Shown here piece after piece: positions 7,484-15,912 of a stretch of 64,000 nucleotides of DNA. Both the position numbers and the translations under genes were made by a program. This DNA is from Rhodanobacteraceae bacterium (GTDB lineage Bacteria > Pseudomonadota > Gammaproteobacteria > Xanthomonadales > SZUA-5). The first letter of the stretch is position 1. Every line of letters starts with the position of its first letter. The DNA lies in NCBI GenBank assembly GCA_031409855.1, contig JANNYA010000141.1, positions 6,906-70,905 of the forward strand, written 5' to 3'. The notes under the pieces are model-generated. The model was not told the origin of the DNA. It saw nothing but the letters and a program-made list of their open reading frames with translations, and ran no database searches.

Positions 7484-9583
7484 ATGAGTAAAGGCAAACA
7501 TAAAACTGACGAGAACACGGCCACGTTACTCAAAGATCCAGCGCTGTATCTAAACCGGGAGCTTAGCCAGCTTGAATTTAATGCTCGCGTTTTGGCGCAA
7601 GCAACCGATCCGCGCGTGCCGCTGCTGGAACGACTGCGCTATTTGTGTATCACCAGCGCGAATTTGGACGAATTCTTTGAGGTTCGCGTCGCCACTTTGC
7701 GTGAGCAATTGCGTGTAGGTGCGAATAAGCCAGGCCCTGATGGCATCGGTGCGGCTGAGCTTTTGGGGCAAATTCGCACGCGCGTGCAAACCTTGGTGAA
7801 AGCGCAATACGCCTGTTGGAACCAGGAATTGCTGCCTGCGCTTGAGCGCGAAGGCATTCGCTTTCTGCCGCGCGATACTTGGAACGCGAAGCAGCGCAAA
7901 TGGCTACACCACTATTTTATGCATGAGCTATTGCCGGTACTGAATCCGCATGGGCTAGATCCGGCGCACCCATTTCCGCGTATTTTGAATAAAACGCTGA
8001 ATTTTATTGTCTCGCTCAAAGGCACCGATGCGTTTGGGCGCGAAGGCAATATGGCGCTAGTGCGCGCGCCGCGATCCTTACCGCGCATTATTCGCTTGCC
8101 AAAAGAAGTCAGCGATGGCCCTTATGACTTCCTTTTTTTAGGTTCGGTGCTGCAGGCATTTTTAGACGAGCTATTTCCGGGCATGACGGTCAAAGGCGGC
8201 TATCCGTTTCGCGTCACCCGCGACGCGGAATTAGACGTTGATGAAGACGATATGGAAAACCTGGCCAGCGCGCTGCGTGAGGAGTTGCTCGAACGTCGCT
8301 TTGCGGAAGCGGTGCGCTTGGAAATCACGGATGCCTGCCCGAAAACCACAGCACAGTTTCTAGCCAGCGAATTTAAGCTGACCGAAAACGAGATTTTTCG
8401 CGCTAATGGCCCGGTCAATCTCAATCGGGTGATGGCTGTCTACGAGCAAATTGATCGGCCCGATTTGAAGTTCCCGCCGTTTTTGCCGAAAACGCCGGCA
8501 GTGCTTACCCAGTCAGGCACCATTTTTGACGCAATTAGTAAGGGTGATTTATTGCTGCATCATCCCTTCGAGTCGTTCAATCCGGTGCAGGAATTGGTGC
8601 GCCAAGCCAGCTTGGATCCGGGCGTGCTGGCGATCAAGCAAACGCTGTATCGCACTGGCCGGACCTCGCCGATGGTGAATCATTTGGTTGCCGCTGCACG
8701 CGCGGGCAAAGATGTGATGGTGGTGATCGAGCTACGCGCGCGCTTTGATGAGGAAGCGAACTTATCCTTAGCGGATCGTTTGCAAGAAGCGGGCGTGCAG
8801 GTTGTGCATGGCGTAGTCGGATATAAAACGCACGCCAAAATGCTGCTGGTGGTGCGCCGCGAAAACGGCTCGCTCAAGCGCTACGTGCACCTTTCCACCG
8901 GCAACTATCACGCGGGTACTGCTAGTGTTTACACCGATTTTGGCATGATGAGCTGCGACAAAGACTTGGGCGAGGATATGCACAAGCTGTTTCAACAGCT
9001 TTCTGGTTTAGGCCCCGTGATTCGCCTTAAGCGATTACTACAGTCACCGTTTAGCCTCTACCCAGGCTTGATCGAGCGCATCGGCAATGAGGCCGAATTG
9101 GCGCGCAAGGGCAAGCCGGGCCGGATCATTGCGAAAATGAATGCGCTGCAGGAAGTTGGGGTCATTCAAGCGCTGTATGAAGCGTCCATTGCCGGTGTGC
9201 AGATTGATCTGATTATTCGCGGCCAGTGCGTGCTGCGTCCGGGCCTGCCTGGGGTCAGTGAAAACATTCGTGTGCGCTCCATTGTTGGACGTTTTTTGGA
9301 GCATTCGCGCATCTATTATTTTGGTAATGATGGCAACCCGGAAACCTATCTTTCCAGCGCCGATTGGATGGACCGCAACTTGCTGCGCCGGATTGAAGTG
9401 GCGTTTCCGGTGCTCAACGTCGATTTGGCAAAGCGGGTGTTTAATGAAGGGCTAGAAAGCTATCTGGTTGATAACACCTTTGCCTGGCTGCTCAGCAGCA
9501 ACGGCAGCTATGCGCGGATCGATGCCGACGGGCAAATGCCGCATTCGGCGCAGGCGAATCTACTTGCCCGACTTTGCTTTTGA
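7484..9583 (+). CDS. ppk: Polyphosphate kinase 1
   Basis: 699 aa. YLNRELSQLEFNARVL N-terminus and two PLD-like modules (YKTHAKMLLV, GRFLEHSRIYYF). Confidence 0.9.
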   Translation: MSKGKHKTDENTATLLKDPALYLNRELSQLEFNARVLAQATDPRVPLLERLRYLCITSANLDEFFEVRVATLREQLRVGANKPGPDGIGAAELLGQIRTRVQTLVKAQYACWNQELLPALEREGIRFLPRDTWNAKQRKWLHHYFMHELLPVLNPHGLDPAHPFPRILNKTLNFIVSLKGTDAFGREGNMALVRAPRSLPRIIRLPKEVSDGPYDFLFLGSVLQAFLDELFPGMTVKGGYPFRVTRDAELDVDEDDMENLASALREELLERRFAEAVRLEITDACPKTTAQFLASEFKLTENEIFRANGPVNLNRVMAVYEQIDRPDLKFPPFLPKTPAVLTQSGTIFDAISKGDLLLHHPFESFNPVQELVRQASLDPGVLAIKQTLYRTGRTSPMVNHLVAAARAGKDVMVVIELRARFDEEANLSLADRLQEAGVQVVHGVVGYKTHAKMLLVVRRENGSLKRYVHLSTGNYHAGTASVYTDFGMMSCDKDLGEDMHKLFQQLSGLGPVIRLKRLLQSPFSLYPGLIERIGNEAELARKGKPGRIIAKMNALQEVGVIQALYEASIAGVQIDLIIRGQCVLRPGLPGVSENIRVRSIVGRFLEHSRIYYFGNDGNPETYLSSADWMDRNLLRRIEVAFPVLNVDLAKRVFNEGLESYLVDNTFAWLLSSNGSYARIDADGQMPHSAQANLLARLCF

Positions 9584-11142
9584 TGACTGCGCTAAAGCTT
9601 GAACAAGTCGGCGGGCCGCCCTTAAGCGCGCAAAGTATTCCGCTGGGTGCAAAGGTGCTGCTCGGGCGCGGTACCGATTGTCAGATATTGCTGCCTGATT
9701 CGGCCGTTTCCCGCCGTCACGCGTTGATCGAGCGGCGCGGCGAGCAGTACTGGCTCACCGATTTAGAAAGCCGAGGCGGCACGTTTATCAACGATTTGCG
9801 CTTAGACGCCAAGCTGGCCGTGCCGCTCGGCGAACATGATCGGATTCGTATCGGTGCCTGGCGTTTTCGCGTGCGCGCCAACAGCGCCGTGCCACGCACG
9901 CACGCTAGCAGTGGCTTGGGGCTGGGTACTAGCGCTGGCCTGACGCAAATTGGTGCACCGGTATTAGCCGCGCAAGCGCGTTTAGAGCTGCTGGTTGAAT
10001 TTGTTGCGGCCAGCGCCGATAAGCTCAGCCTGCAGGCACTCGCGTTGACATTGATGGACTTTGCCAGCCGCGCCAGTTTGGCGGTGCGCACAAGTATTTG
10101 GGCCGCAGATGAAGCCAGCCCGTTGTGCTATAGCCCGGATAATTTTCGTGCAACAGCACTCGTGGATGCCTTTGAGGCCTGTGCCCGGGGCGGCGTAGTG
10201 GTGGCGGAGTTACCGAGCAACAATAGTTTCAATAAATCCCTGCGCCAATCTGCCGCCGTGGTCGCGATTCGTATTGACGGCGAAGCGATTGCCTTTGTGC
10301 AGGCGGAATTTGCGCTGGCAAAGCCGAGCGATGAAGCCTTGGAATCGCTGCATGCCTTGGCACGTTTGGCGGGTTTTAGCGCCGGAAACATAGAGCGGCG
10401 CTCGGTGGAAAAGCGTATTGAGCGGCTCAGCGCTGACTTGGCGCAAGCGCACCAAGTGCAGCAAGCCATTTTGCCGCCCAGCTCGGGCACGTTTAGCGGC
10501 GTGAATTACGCCCTGCACGTCCACCCTGGGCGCGTGGTCGCGGGTGATTTGGTCGATATTTTTGCGATTAATGACGATCTATGCGCCTTCGTTTTGGGCG
10601 ACGTCAGTGGCGCAGGTTTCGGCGCCGCCGTACAAATGGCCGCCGCGCAAGCGTATTTGCACGCAGAATTGATGGAAACCCACGACCCAGCCGTTGCCGC
10701 AACCCGCTGCAACGCATTTTTGGCGCGCTTTGGCGGTGGCCGCTTTGTTACCGCCTGGATAGGTGTGCTAAACGCCAAAACCGGCGAAATGCGGGTGGTC
10801 GATGCTGGCCATGGGCACGCACGCATCGTGCGAAATAGCGCCACCGCGATCAGCACAGACGCGCCGACACTCATCGGCGCCATCCCGCTGGGCATCGACA
10901 CGCTCGCGGAATACGTCAGCGAAACCCTTACTCTAGCGCGCGGCGCGCGTTTGGTGCTCTACAGCGATGGGATCGCCGAACATCGCGGCCTGGATGGCAC
11001 AGATTTTTCTGCGCACCTGGATGCGATCCTAAAAGCAAGCGCCAATTGCGTCAGCGATGTCAGCGCCGTTATGAACGCGCTTGCGGTGCACGGTGGGCGC
11101 TTGCCGGATGATGATGCGACGATTTTGTCAGTAGGGCGGTGA
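9583..11142 (+). CDS. FHA-domain / PP2C (SpoIIE-type) serine-threonine phosphatase
   Basis: FHA motif GRGTDCQILLPDSAVSRRHALIERRGEQYWLTDLESRGGTFIN. C-terminal PP2C motifs GDLVDIF, VLGDVSGAGFGAA, DAGHGH, LYSDGIAE. The ATG at 9583 overlaps the ppk stop (TGATG). The track ORF starts at a TTG at 9574. Confidence 0.8.
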   Translation: MTALKLEQVGGPPLSAQSIPLGAKVLLGRGTDCQILLPDSAVSRRHALIERRGEQYWLTDLESRGGTFINDLRLDAKLAVPLGEHDRIRIGAWRFRVRANSAVPRTHASSGLGLGTSAGLTQIGAPVLAAQARLELLVEFVAASADKLSLQALALTLMDFASRASLAVRTSIWAADEASPLCYSPDNFRATALVDAFEACARGGVVVAELPSNNSFNKSLRQSAAVVAIRIDGEAIAFVQAEFALAKPSDEALESLHALARLAGFSAGNIERRSVEKRIERLSADLAQAHQVQQAILPPSSGTFSGVNYALHVHPGRVVAGDLVDIFAINDDLCAFVLGDVSGAGFGAAVQMAAAQAYLHAELMETHDPAVAATRCNAFLARFGGGRFVTAWIGVLNAKTGEMRVVDAGHGHARIVRNSATAISTDAPTLIGAIPLGIDTLAEYVSETLTLARGARLVLYSDGIAEHRGLDGTDFSAHLDAILKASANCVSDVSAVMNALAVHGGRLPDDDATILSVGR

Positions 11143-11171
11143 GGTTGCCCCTTTCTGTGCGCCTCGATGCG

Positions 11172-11191
11172 CGGATTAGCGCGCTAATCCG
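11172..11191. other. Perfect 20-bp palindrome cggattagcg/cgctaatccg between convergent genes
   Basis: Read directly from the sequence. It overlaps the stop codon of the 261-aa ORF. No U-tract on either strand, so it is not a canonical terminator. Confidence 0.4.
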
Positions 11192-11969
11192 AAAACTGAT
11201 GCGTGACTGTAGGCACGCTCGGGCCGGGGCATACCGAGGTGTAGCCTGACGCATGCTGCACCCCAAATGCTGGCAAATTGCAGTAGCGGACCGGCGAATC
11301 CAAGCCAATCAGGGCGCTACCTAAATAAAATTCTGCCGCAGCGGAACTGCCAAACCGATTGTAGAATTGAAAATTGTGGCATGCGCCAGCGCCTCTACGC
11401 GCACATACCTGAATCCGAATACTGCCGCGAGCTCCAAATTGATTGTCGCTATTTACACGCGTATCTAGCTCTAATGCCGCTGGTGACGAAAAATCTGAAG
11501 GTAATAGGGTACGGGTGTCATAAGTCGAAAATCTTACACCGTCCACCGAATAGTGATGCGAAGCGGTTAAGGTGTGTCCCGTTTCTAAATTGCCAATAAC
11601 GGTGAGCAAAACTTCACTCTGGTCGTCGCGTAGTTTTGTGTAATAACGTTGATGATTCGGCATTAAGGAAAGGGGGGAGATCTCATAATCCTCGGTTGCG
11701 GCGATACGCGCAAAGATCGCGGTTTTGCCATATAGCGGACTTAATGTTGTGCGAAAACCCTGACTGGTCAAAACTGAGGGCAAGTGTTGAATTAGGAATT
11801 CGCGTTGACCTTGATTAGTTCCGGCATTCATTTCGTCCGGTTTTGTGCAGGATTGCAGAATCGCATTCTGGGCAACTTGGTACACCCGGACGGCTGCGGA
11901 TGTCCAATCACAAACGTCGCCACTGTTCAAAGCTAAAAATGAACTCGTTAGGACCGCTGAAACCAGCAT
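11184..11969 (-). CDS. Hypothetical Cys-containing protein (no recognisable domain), last gene of the ECF-kinase operon
   Basis: 261-aa ORF with an AGGA RBS, 48 bp downstream of the kinase gene on the same strand. Visibly AT-richer than its neighbours. Hydrophobic N-terminus. Confidence 0.55.
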   Translation of the reverse strand: MLVSAVLTSSFLALNSGDVCDWTSAAVRVYQVAQNAILQSCTKPDEMNAGTNQGQREFLIQHLPSVLTSQGFRTTLSPLYGKTAIFARIAATEDYEISPLSLMPNHQRYYTKLRDDQSEVLLTVIGNLETGHTLTASHHYSVDGVRFSTYDTRTLLPSDFSSPAALELDTRVNSDNQFGARGSIRIQVCARRGAGACHNFQFYNRFGSSAAAEFYLGSALIGLDSPVRYCNLPAFGVQHASGYTSVCPGPSVPTVTHQFSD

Positions 11970-12017
11970 GAAAATTCCTGTTGTAAAATAAAAAGTGTGT
12001 TTATGATGCCAAAAAAA

Positions 12018-14504
12018 TCAATTGAACATCCGCTTGATTTCCGGGTCGTATTGAGCCACAGGCGCAATTAACGCCCGCCATCTGGCAGTTGATTGATCTT
12101 CACCCTGCGCCAAGGCAATCCAAATCGCTAGTTCCGGTGTTACGTCAGTAGTTTGAAGTTTGGGAATGAGCGCCTGAATTCGGGCATTAAATTCGTCGCG
12201 CTGTGAATTCAGGTAGTCGTCGCGCGCTAACGCGACCGACGCTAGAATCGAATGCTCGCTGATTTCTCCAACCGTCGCAGCCAATAGACGCTTACGTCCT
12301 TCAGGTGCCAGGACACCACGTTTTGCCTGACAAATCCCAATATTAAATGCGAGAAAATGAAAGCGCGGATCCTCTGGTTTAAAGAGTTTATGCGCAAGAG
12401 CTAATATGGCATCAAACTCGGCTTCAGCCTGTTCAAACTGTCCATTGCGCATCATTCCAGCCGCGTATAGATTGCGGTAGGCCAGAACGTTCGGGTTATC
12501 TTGACCAAACACCACCAACGCGGACTGATAGGCTAGTGTGGTTTGCTTAAGCTCCTCTTTTCTATCGCCAGATCGATTCGCAATTCTGCCCAGCGCAGAA
12601 TGTAAAAACGGGCGATCAATGGCTTCAAAGTCGTTTCTGGCAAGGCGATTCGTGACTAATTCCAGCGCTTGTGGTTCCATCTTTAATTGCGTGAGCGCTG
12701 CGATCCGAAGTCGAAACAAAGGCATATCGAGTTCCCGTCCGTCAGTAAAGCGCAGTACGTCATTAAAATTGCTATTTAGGTTCGCTAGCCGGGCGCGCAG
12801 ATTGAGCAAGTGAACGCGTTGGGACGCATCAAAAAGCGTCTGCTTTATTCGCTCAGCCTGGGAAATTCGTTTCACCAACAGATTAAGCTCTTGTTCAATC
12901 TGCGCGATCTCCCCACCCATCAAAATACATTGCAATTGCTGTTGTGGTGTTAACTTAATTTCTTTCTCGATTTGCTCCAAAAGCGGCCCGGCTTTATCAG
13001 TTTTGCCCAAACTGATTAAACCCTCGACCAATGCAATTAGAATGGGCGCGGTCGACTGATCAAACTTTTGCCGTGCTTTAATCTCGGTAAAACTAGCATC
13101 AATCACCACACTCAAGCCTTTGTCGCCGCGCTCGCGCGCCAGCGGGTCGGCGCGTTTGAAGACGTCAATTAGGAAGCTATTGACCGACTCTGCTGCGACA
13201 CGCGCTTCATCGGCGGTGATTTTGGCTGCTTCGGCGCGCTTTTGTTGTTCCTGTGCTACTGCGTTGGCGCGTTGTAACTCATTGCCGCGCAAGCCCAGCA
13301 ACACGGTCAGCGCCAATAAACTCGCCAGCGCTAGCCCAGAAATACTCGCCGCCAACCAGTGCCGACGTAAAAATTTCATCGTGCGATAGCGTCGGCCTTG
13401 GCCCGCGGCCTTGACTGGGCGGTGTTCTAGAAAGGCTTGGATATCCTCATCAAATTCGCGCGCTGACGCGTAGCGTTCGCTCGGCAGTTTGCGCAATGCA
13501 TGCAGCACAATACGATCTAAATCACCGGCTAAATTCGCGCTGAGTTTGGCAATGCTGGCAGCATTGCGATTGCTTGCGGCGCTGGCGTCGATATTGCGGC
13601 TGGGCAACGTCGGCGTTTTCTCAACAATAAAGCTTTGCAGCTGGGCCGGGGTTTTTAGCTCGCGGCTAATCAGTGGCGCGCCGCTCAGCAGCTCATATAA
13701 CAAACCGCCGAGCGCATAGACATCGGTGCCGACGCAAACAGAGCTGCCTAATAATTGCTCAGGCGCGGTCGCGTACAGGGAGAAAAACCGCTGCTGCGTC
13801 AAGGTATGTGGTGCGTGTCGATCTAGGCTTTTGGCGATGCCAAAATCTAGCAGTTTGACGATACCTGCTGAATCGACTAGGACATTGTCCGGCTTGATAT
13901 CTCGGTGCACGATGAAATAGTCATGTGCATATTGCACCGCAGCAATAACTTGGCGAAATAGCGCCAGCCGCGCGTTGATGCTCAGCTGATGTTGATCACA
14001 ATACTCTGTGATCGGCAACCCTTCGACTAATTCCATTGCGATCCACGGGCGGCCATCGGTGGCAACCCCGGCATCCAGCAAACGTGCAATATTTGGGTGC
14101 ACCAATTTCAGTAAGGTGCGCTGTTCCAGGGCAAAGCGCGCCTGCGCTTCGGTGCTCATGTCTTCGAGCTTGAGTATTTTTAGTGCCAACGGCTGCTTAT
14201 TGCCCGCCACATCGCGCTCGGCGCGCCACACTTCCCCCATGCCGCCTTGGCCGAGCAAACCCAACAGTCGGTAGGCGCCGATTTGCGCGCGTGCCTGCAC
14301 GGTTTGTACAATCGCCAAATTAAGCTGGTCGCCTAGTTGCGTTTCAAGGGCATCGGGCGTGTTGGCACTGGCCGCATCTTGCGCTAACAAGCGCGTTAGC
14401 TGCGCGGCTAAAGTCGAGTCCAGCGCCTGTATTTCTGCCAGTTTCTGCGCGCGCTGTGCGCTGTCCAACTCAACTAAAAGATCAAACCACTCGATTTTTG
14501 TCAT
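12018..14504 (-). CDS. Ser/Thr protein kinase (Hanks type) with one TM helix and a C-terminal TPR-like domain
   Basis: 828 aa. Motifs GQGGMGEVW, ALKIL, HRDIKPDNVLV, DFGIAK, APE. TM helix WLAASISGLALASLLALTVLLGL. The helical repeat C-terminus is probably periplasmic. Confidence 0.85.
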   Translation of the reverse strand: MTKIEWFDLLVELDSAQRAQKLAEIQALDSTLAAQLTRLLAQDAASANTPDALETQLGDQLNLAIVQTVQARAQIGAYRLLGLLGQGGMGEVWRAERDVAGNKQPLALKILKLEDMSTEAQARFALEQRTLLKLVHPNIARLLDAGVATDGRPWIAMELVEGLPITEYCDQHQLSINARLALFRQVIAAVQYAHDYFIVHRDIKPDNVLVDSAGIVKLLDFGIAKSLDRHAPHTLTQQRFFSLYATAPEQLLGSSVCVGTDVYALGGLLYELLSGAPLISRELKTPAQLQSFIVEKTPTLPSRNIDASAASNRNAASIAKLSANLAGDLDRIVLHALRKLPSERYASAREFDEDIQAFLEHRPVKAAGQGRRYRTMKFLRRHWLAASISGLALASLLALTVLLGLRGNELQRANAVAQEQQKRAEAAKITADEARVAAESVNSFLIDVFKRADPLARERGDKGLSVVIDASFTEIKARQKFDQSTAPILIALVEGLISLGKTDKAGPLLEQIEKEIKLTPQQQLQCILMGGEIAQIEQELNLLVKRISQAERIKQTLFDASQRVHLLNLRARLANLNSNFNDVLRFTDGRELDMPLFRLRIAALTQLKMEPQALELVTNRLARNDFEAIDRPFLHSALGRIANRSGDRKEELKQTTLAYQSALVVFGQDNPNVLAYRNLYAAGMMRNGQFEQAEAEFDAILALAHKLFKPEDPRFHFLAFNIGICQAKRGVLAPEGRKRLLAATVGEISEHSILASVALARDDYLNSQRDEFNARIQALIPKLQTTDVTPELAIWIALAQGEDQSTARWRALIAPVAQYDPEIKRMFN

Positions 14505-14510
14505 GCGTTT

Positions 14511-15113
14511 TTAGCCTGCGGCCAGCATCGGATCGGAATTTGGTGGGCGCGCGCCTAAGCGCTCGGCTAAAAATGCGCGGGCATAGCGCCAAATCCGGTC
14601 TGCGGTCGCGGTGCTAACCTCCATCGCATCCGCCGCTTGGCGCGTCGACATGCCCATAAAATAGCGCAGCTCGACCAGCGTGGCATAGCGCTTTTGTTCT
14701 TGCTCCAGCTCCACTAACGCCGCATCAAGTGCCAGCCAGTCTAGTTTGTCTGCCGGGTTGTCATTCCCCGCTTCAGACTCGGCAAATTCCAGCGCAACAA
14801 ACATCACGTCCGAGCCACGCTTTTGCGCTTGGTTCGCACGAATGTGATCAACAATCAGAAAGCGAATCATGCGCGCCGCCAAGGCATAGAAGTGTTTCGT
14901 GCTTTCCGCGTCTAGCCCAGCACCCTCGCGCATTTGCATCAACACATCATTGGCAAGCTCAGTCGGGCGCAAGGTAAATTGCTTGGCCTGGCGCAACTGC
15001 CGTCCGGCGATTTCTTTCATCGCCGGATACACCATTTTCAACAACTTTTCTTCCGCGCCCTCCGTGCCGGTGCGCCAATCATTGATTAACTGTGTGATTG
15101 GCTTTAGCGCCAT
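14511..15113 (-). CDS. ECF-type sigma-70 factor of the kinase-associated class (TIGR02999/ECF43-like)
   Basis: N-terminus ITQLINDWRTGTEGAEEKLLKMVYPAMKEIAGRQL and region-4 HTH MSTRQAADAMEVSTATADRIWRYARAFL. Its stop lies 6 bp upstream of the kinase start. ATG at 15113 is preferred; the track's alternative is a GTG at 15140. Confidence 0.8.
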   Translation of the reverse strand: MALKPITQLINDWRTGTEGAEEKLLKMVYPAMKEIAGRQLRQAKQFTLRPTELANDVLMQMREGAGLDAESTKHFYALAARMIRFLIVDHIRANQAQKRGSDVMFVALEFAESEAGNDNPADKLDWLALDAALVELEQEQKRYATLVELRYFMGMSTRQAADAMEVSTATADRIWRYARAFLAERLGARPPNSDPMLAAG

Positions 15114-15262
15114 TGCTAGCCCCGCCTGAATATAGGTCACGGCAGTTTACGCGTAAATGTTGACGACAGCGGGATCGCAGCGCGCAAGCGCGCGATTCAA
15201 ACTGAAGGGTAATCTCGGGAGTTTTCGCTGATTCGAGTTTAGTGGGGCGACGGCGCACTGAG

Positions 15263-15381
15263 TTCGTCATTCCCGCGTGCTTTTAGCGGGAATCCAGCGA
15301 GCTTGTTCTGGCGTTGCACCATTGCAATTCGCTGTACCTTGCGCGGGCTGGATCCCCGACTAAAACATTCGGGGATGACGA
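15263..15381. repeat. Inverted pair of REP-like hairpin elements (15263-15297 and 15348-15381)
   Basis: ttcgtcattcccgc-gtgctttta-gcgggaatccag and ctggatccccga-ctaaaacat-tcggggatgacga. Same family as 111-143 and 235-265. Confidence 0.7.
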
Positions 15382-15912
15382 TTCATCAGTTTGAATGGCG
15401 ACCAGCGCGCAGTGAGGTGTGATTCAAACTGATGTAATGAGGTAAACGTTTTTCGTTACGCCGAACTGTGTTCGGCAAGCAATCTGCTAAGAAGGTGGTG
15501 GGCTACTCAATTCTGACCCTGCAAGAGGCGTCAGCGCCAAAAAAGAAATGTTCCCAACAAATTCAATCTCTTATTGCGTGTAAATAAGCACGAAACAAAT
15601 TGAAAGCCCAGCTGCACTCAAGGCTCACACAATAAAATTAGTGTGACGTGTTTGCCGACATTTTTTATATCTGCCGCCAATTCCAGTCACACAAGGCGTG
15701 TTCGTTGGCAGCTGTGAAATTCCATGTTGCGTAATTGTCAACTGTGTCGTGATGGGCGAGCGAATTTTCAAGTGCTGTCAAACTCGATGTGACAATAGTT
15801 CTAAGAGTTGGCTGCCTTAACGTTTGCAATACAAATTACCCTTCGGGCTCGCGCGCAAACTCTGGATTCTGCCGCGCGTTTTTTAAAAACCTAACGGCAT
15901 GGGGAAGTTTGA

